A stretch of 63,872 nucleotides of DNA, counting the filler, from Reticulomyxa filosa (lineage: Eukaryota; Protista; Foraminifera): the NCBI GenBank assembly GCA_000512085.1. It is 24 parts of 24 records of this genome, joined end to end, with 100 filler letters (N's around TTAATTAATTAA, not from the genome) between each part and the next. Parts side by side here need not be neighbours in the genome. Positions count along the whole stretch, not along the records: positions 62,809 to 63,872 come from ASPP01028274.1; 23 more parts are not named here. One strand, 5' to 3'. This document shows positions 62,971 to 63,872 of the stretch, in pieces. The notes under the pieces are model-generated. The model did not search any database, was not told where the DNA came from, and was given only the letters and a program-made list of their open reading frames with translations. The stretch's first letter is position 1; each line of letters starts with the position of its first letter. The position numbers and the translations under genes are program-made.

Positions 62971-63657
62971 ATGCACTCACAAAAAAGGAAACATGTGATA
63001 TATTTCAATAAACAATATGGTAGCGTCTATAGTTTCAAGATCGTAACCTGTATGTTGGAACTGGCTCTTTGCTTGTATTCTCTGCGATCTCGAAACTGGA
63101 CGAATGCAGCAGCTTTTGCAACAATATTAGTTGCTCATTTATTGCTGGCATTCGGATTCAAAACGCTGACAATAAAGGATGTGAAAGGAGTATATTTGCA
63201 AATAAGTTTTGGTCCGTTGAACTTGTGTTGTTGTCGTCAAACAATGCAATTACGTTATCAGGACATAAAACATATTAAAATAACACCTTGCAATAACTAT
63301 GTTTTTCATCATGGTTCGCATGCATGGGGTTTTCGATCCACTTCTTACCAATTTTCTAATGCGACCTTTTTTTGTAATTGCCATCAAAATAACAGTAATG
63401 CCAATAAAAACAATACCAATAATAATAATAATAATAACAACAATAATAATAACAATAGCAACAATAATTATCACGTTTTTACTTTTGTAATGAAAGACAA
63501 TCCACCCATTTCATTGGGATGTTGTCGTCGCTTTAAACAGCTTCTTCTTGTCACCAATGATGTTGATTCGCTTGAAATGCATTTGCAACGAATGGGAGTT
63601 TGTCTTTCCCCATTTACTAAATCTTCTGTTCGACATGAATCTCAAACTTTGATTTAA
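62971..63657 (+). CDS. Small membrane protein (2 TM + soluble beta-rich domain), hypothetical
   Basis: 228-aa ORF, two hydrophobic segments, poly-Asn insert. Confidence 0.6.
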   Translation: MHSQKRKHVIYFNKQYGSVYSFKIVTCMLELALCLYSLRSRNWTNAAAFATILVAHLLLAFGFKTLTIKDVKGVYLQISFGPLNLCCCRQTMQLRYQDIKHIKITPCNNYVFHHGSHAWGFRSTSYQFSNATFFCNCHQNNSNANKNNTNNNNNNNNNNNNNSNNNYHVFTFVMKDNPPISLGCCRRFKQLLLVTNDVDSLEMHLQRMGVCLSPFTKSSVRHESQTLI

Positions 63658-63872
63658 TCTTTTTTGTTGTTTTGTTTTTTGTCTTTGTTTCTTTGTTGGT
63701 TTTTTAATACGTATCCGCTATCATATAATATCAAATTTTTTTTTTTAAAAAAAAACAACAACTTTCTCATAGAAATTACTCTTTGCTGTTTGTCTTGTTT
63801 TGTTTCTTTTGTGTTTCTTAACTTGCTTGTCTTTTTTTTTTTATCTTTTGTAATCCTTTTTTTTTTTAACTT

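Overview
The window is 24 unrelated contigs joined by artificial N...TTAATTAATTAA...N spacers, so adjacency across a spacer means nothing. Twenty-three contigs come from an AT-rich, intron-rich protist. The expanded WD40 and TRAF-zinc-finger families, poly-Asn tracts, (TA)n-filled introns and many decayed genes suggest a foraminiferan such as Reticulomyxa filosa (inference, not a database result). One contig (21909-23908) is GC-rich betaproteobacterial DNA carrying pat-like, nadA and surE genes. Recognisable eukaryotic genes: PRP28/DDX23, a FIT2/Scs3-like protein, myosin, a beta-trefoil protein, WD40, DRAM/Frag1-like, MAP65/Ase1-like, CYFIP, an ARM-repeat protein, Golgi PAP phosphatase, CCT7, midasin, Timeless, Hsp110, a DEAD-box fragment, TBC1D13-like, a histidine phosphatase, an aquaporin fragment, a decayed LINE and TRAF-Zn genes. 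The standout is contig 1. What the ORF track splits into about 8 ORFs can be spliced through seven phase-compatible GT-AG introns into one reading frame of about 1,840 aa (5'-truncated). Its architecture is DEP - TM - Cache - TM - TM - Cache - TM - two-pore (2x6TM, EF-hand linker) cation channel, with nearly uncharged S4 segments and atypical filters. It is a candidate ligand-gated, chemoreceptor-fused TPC-type channel.
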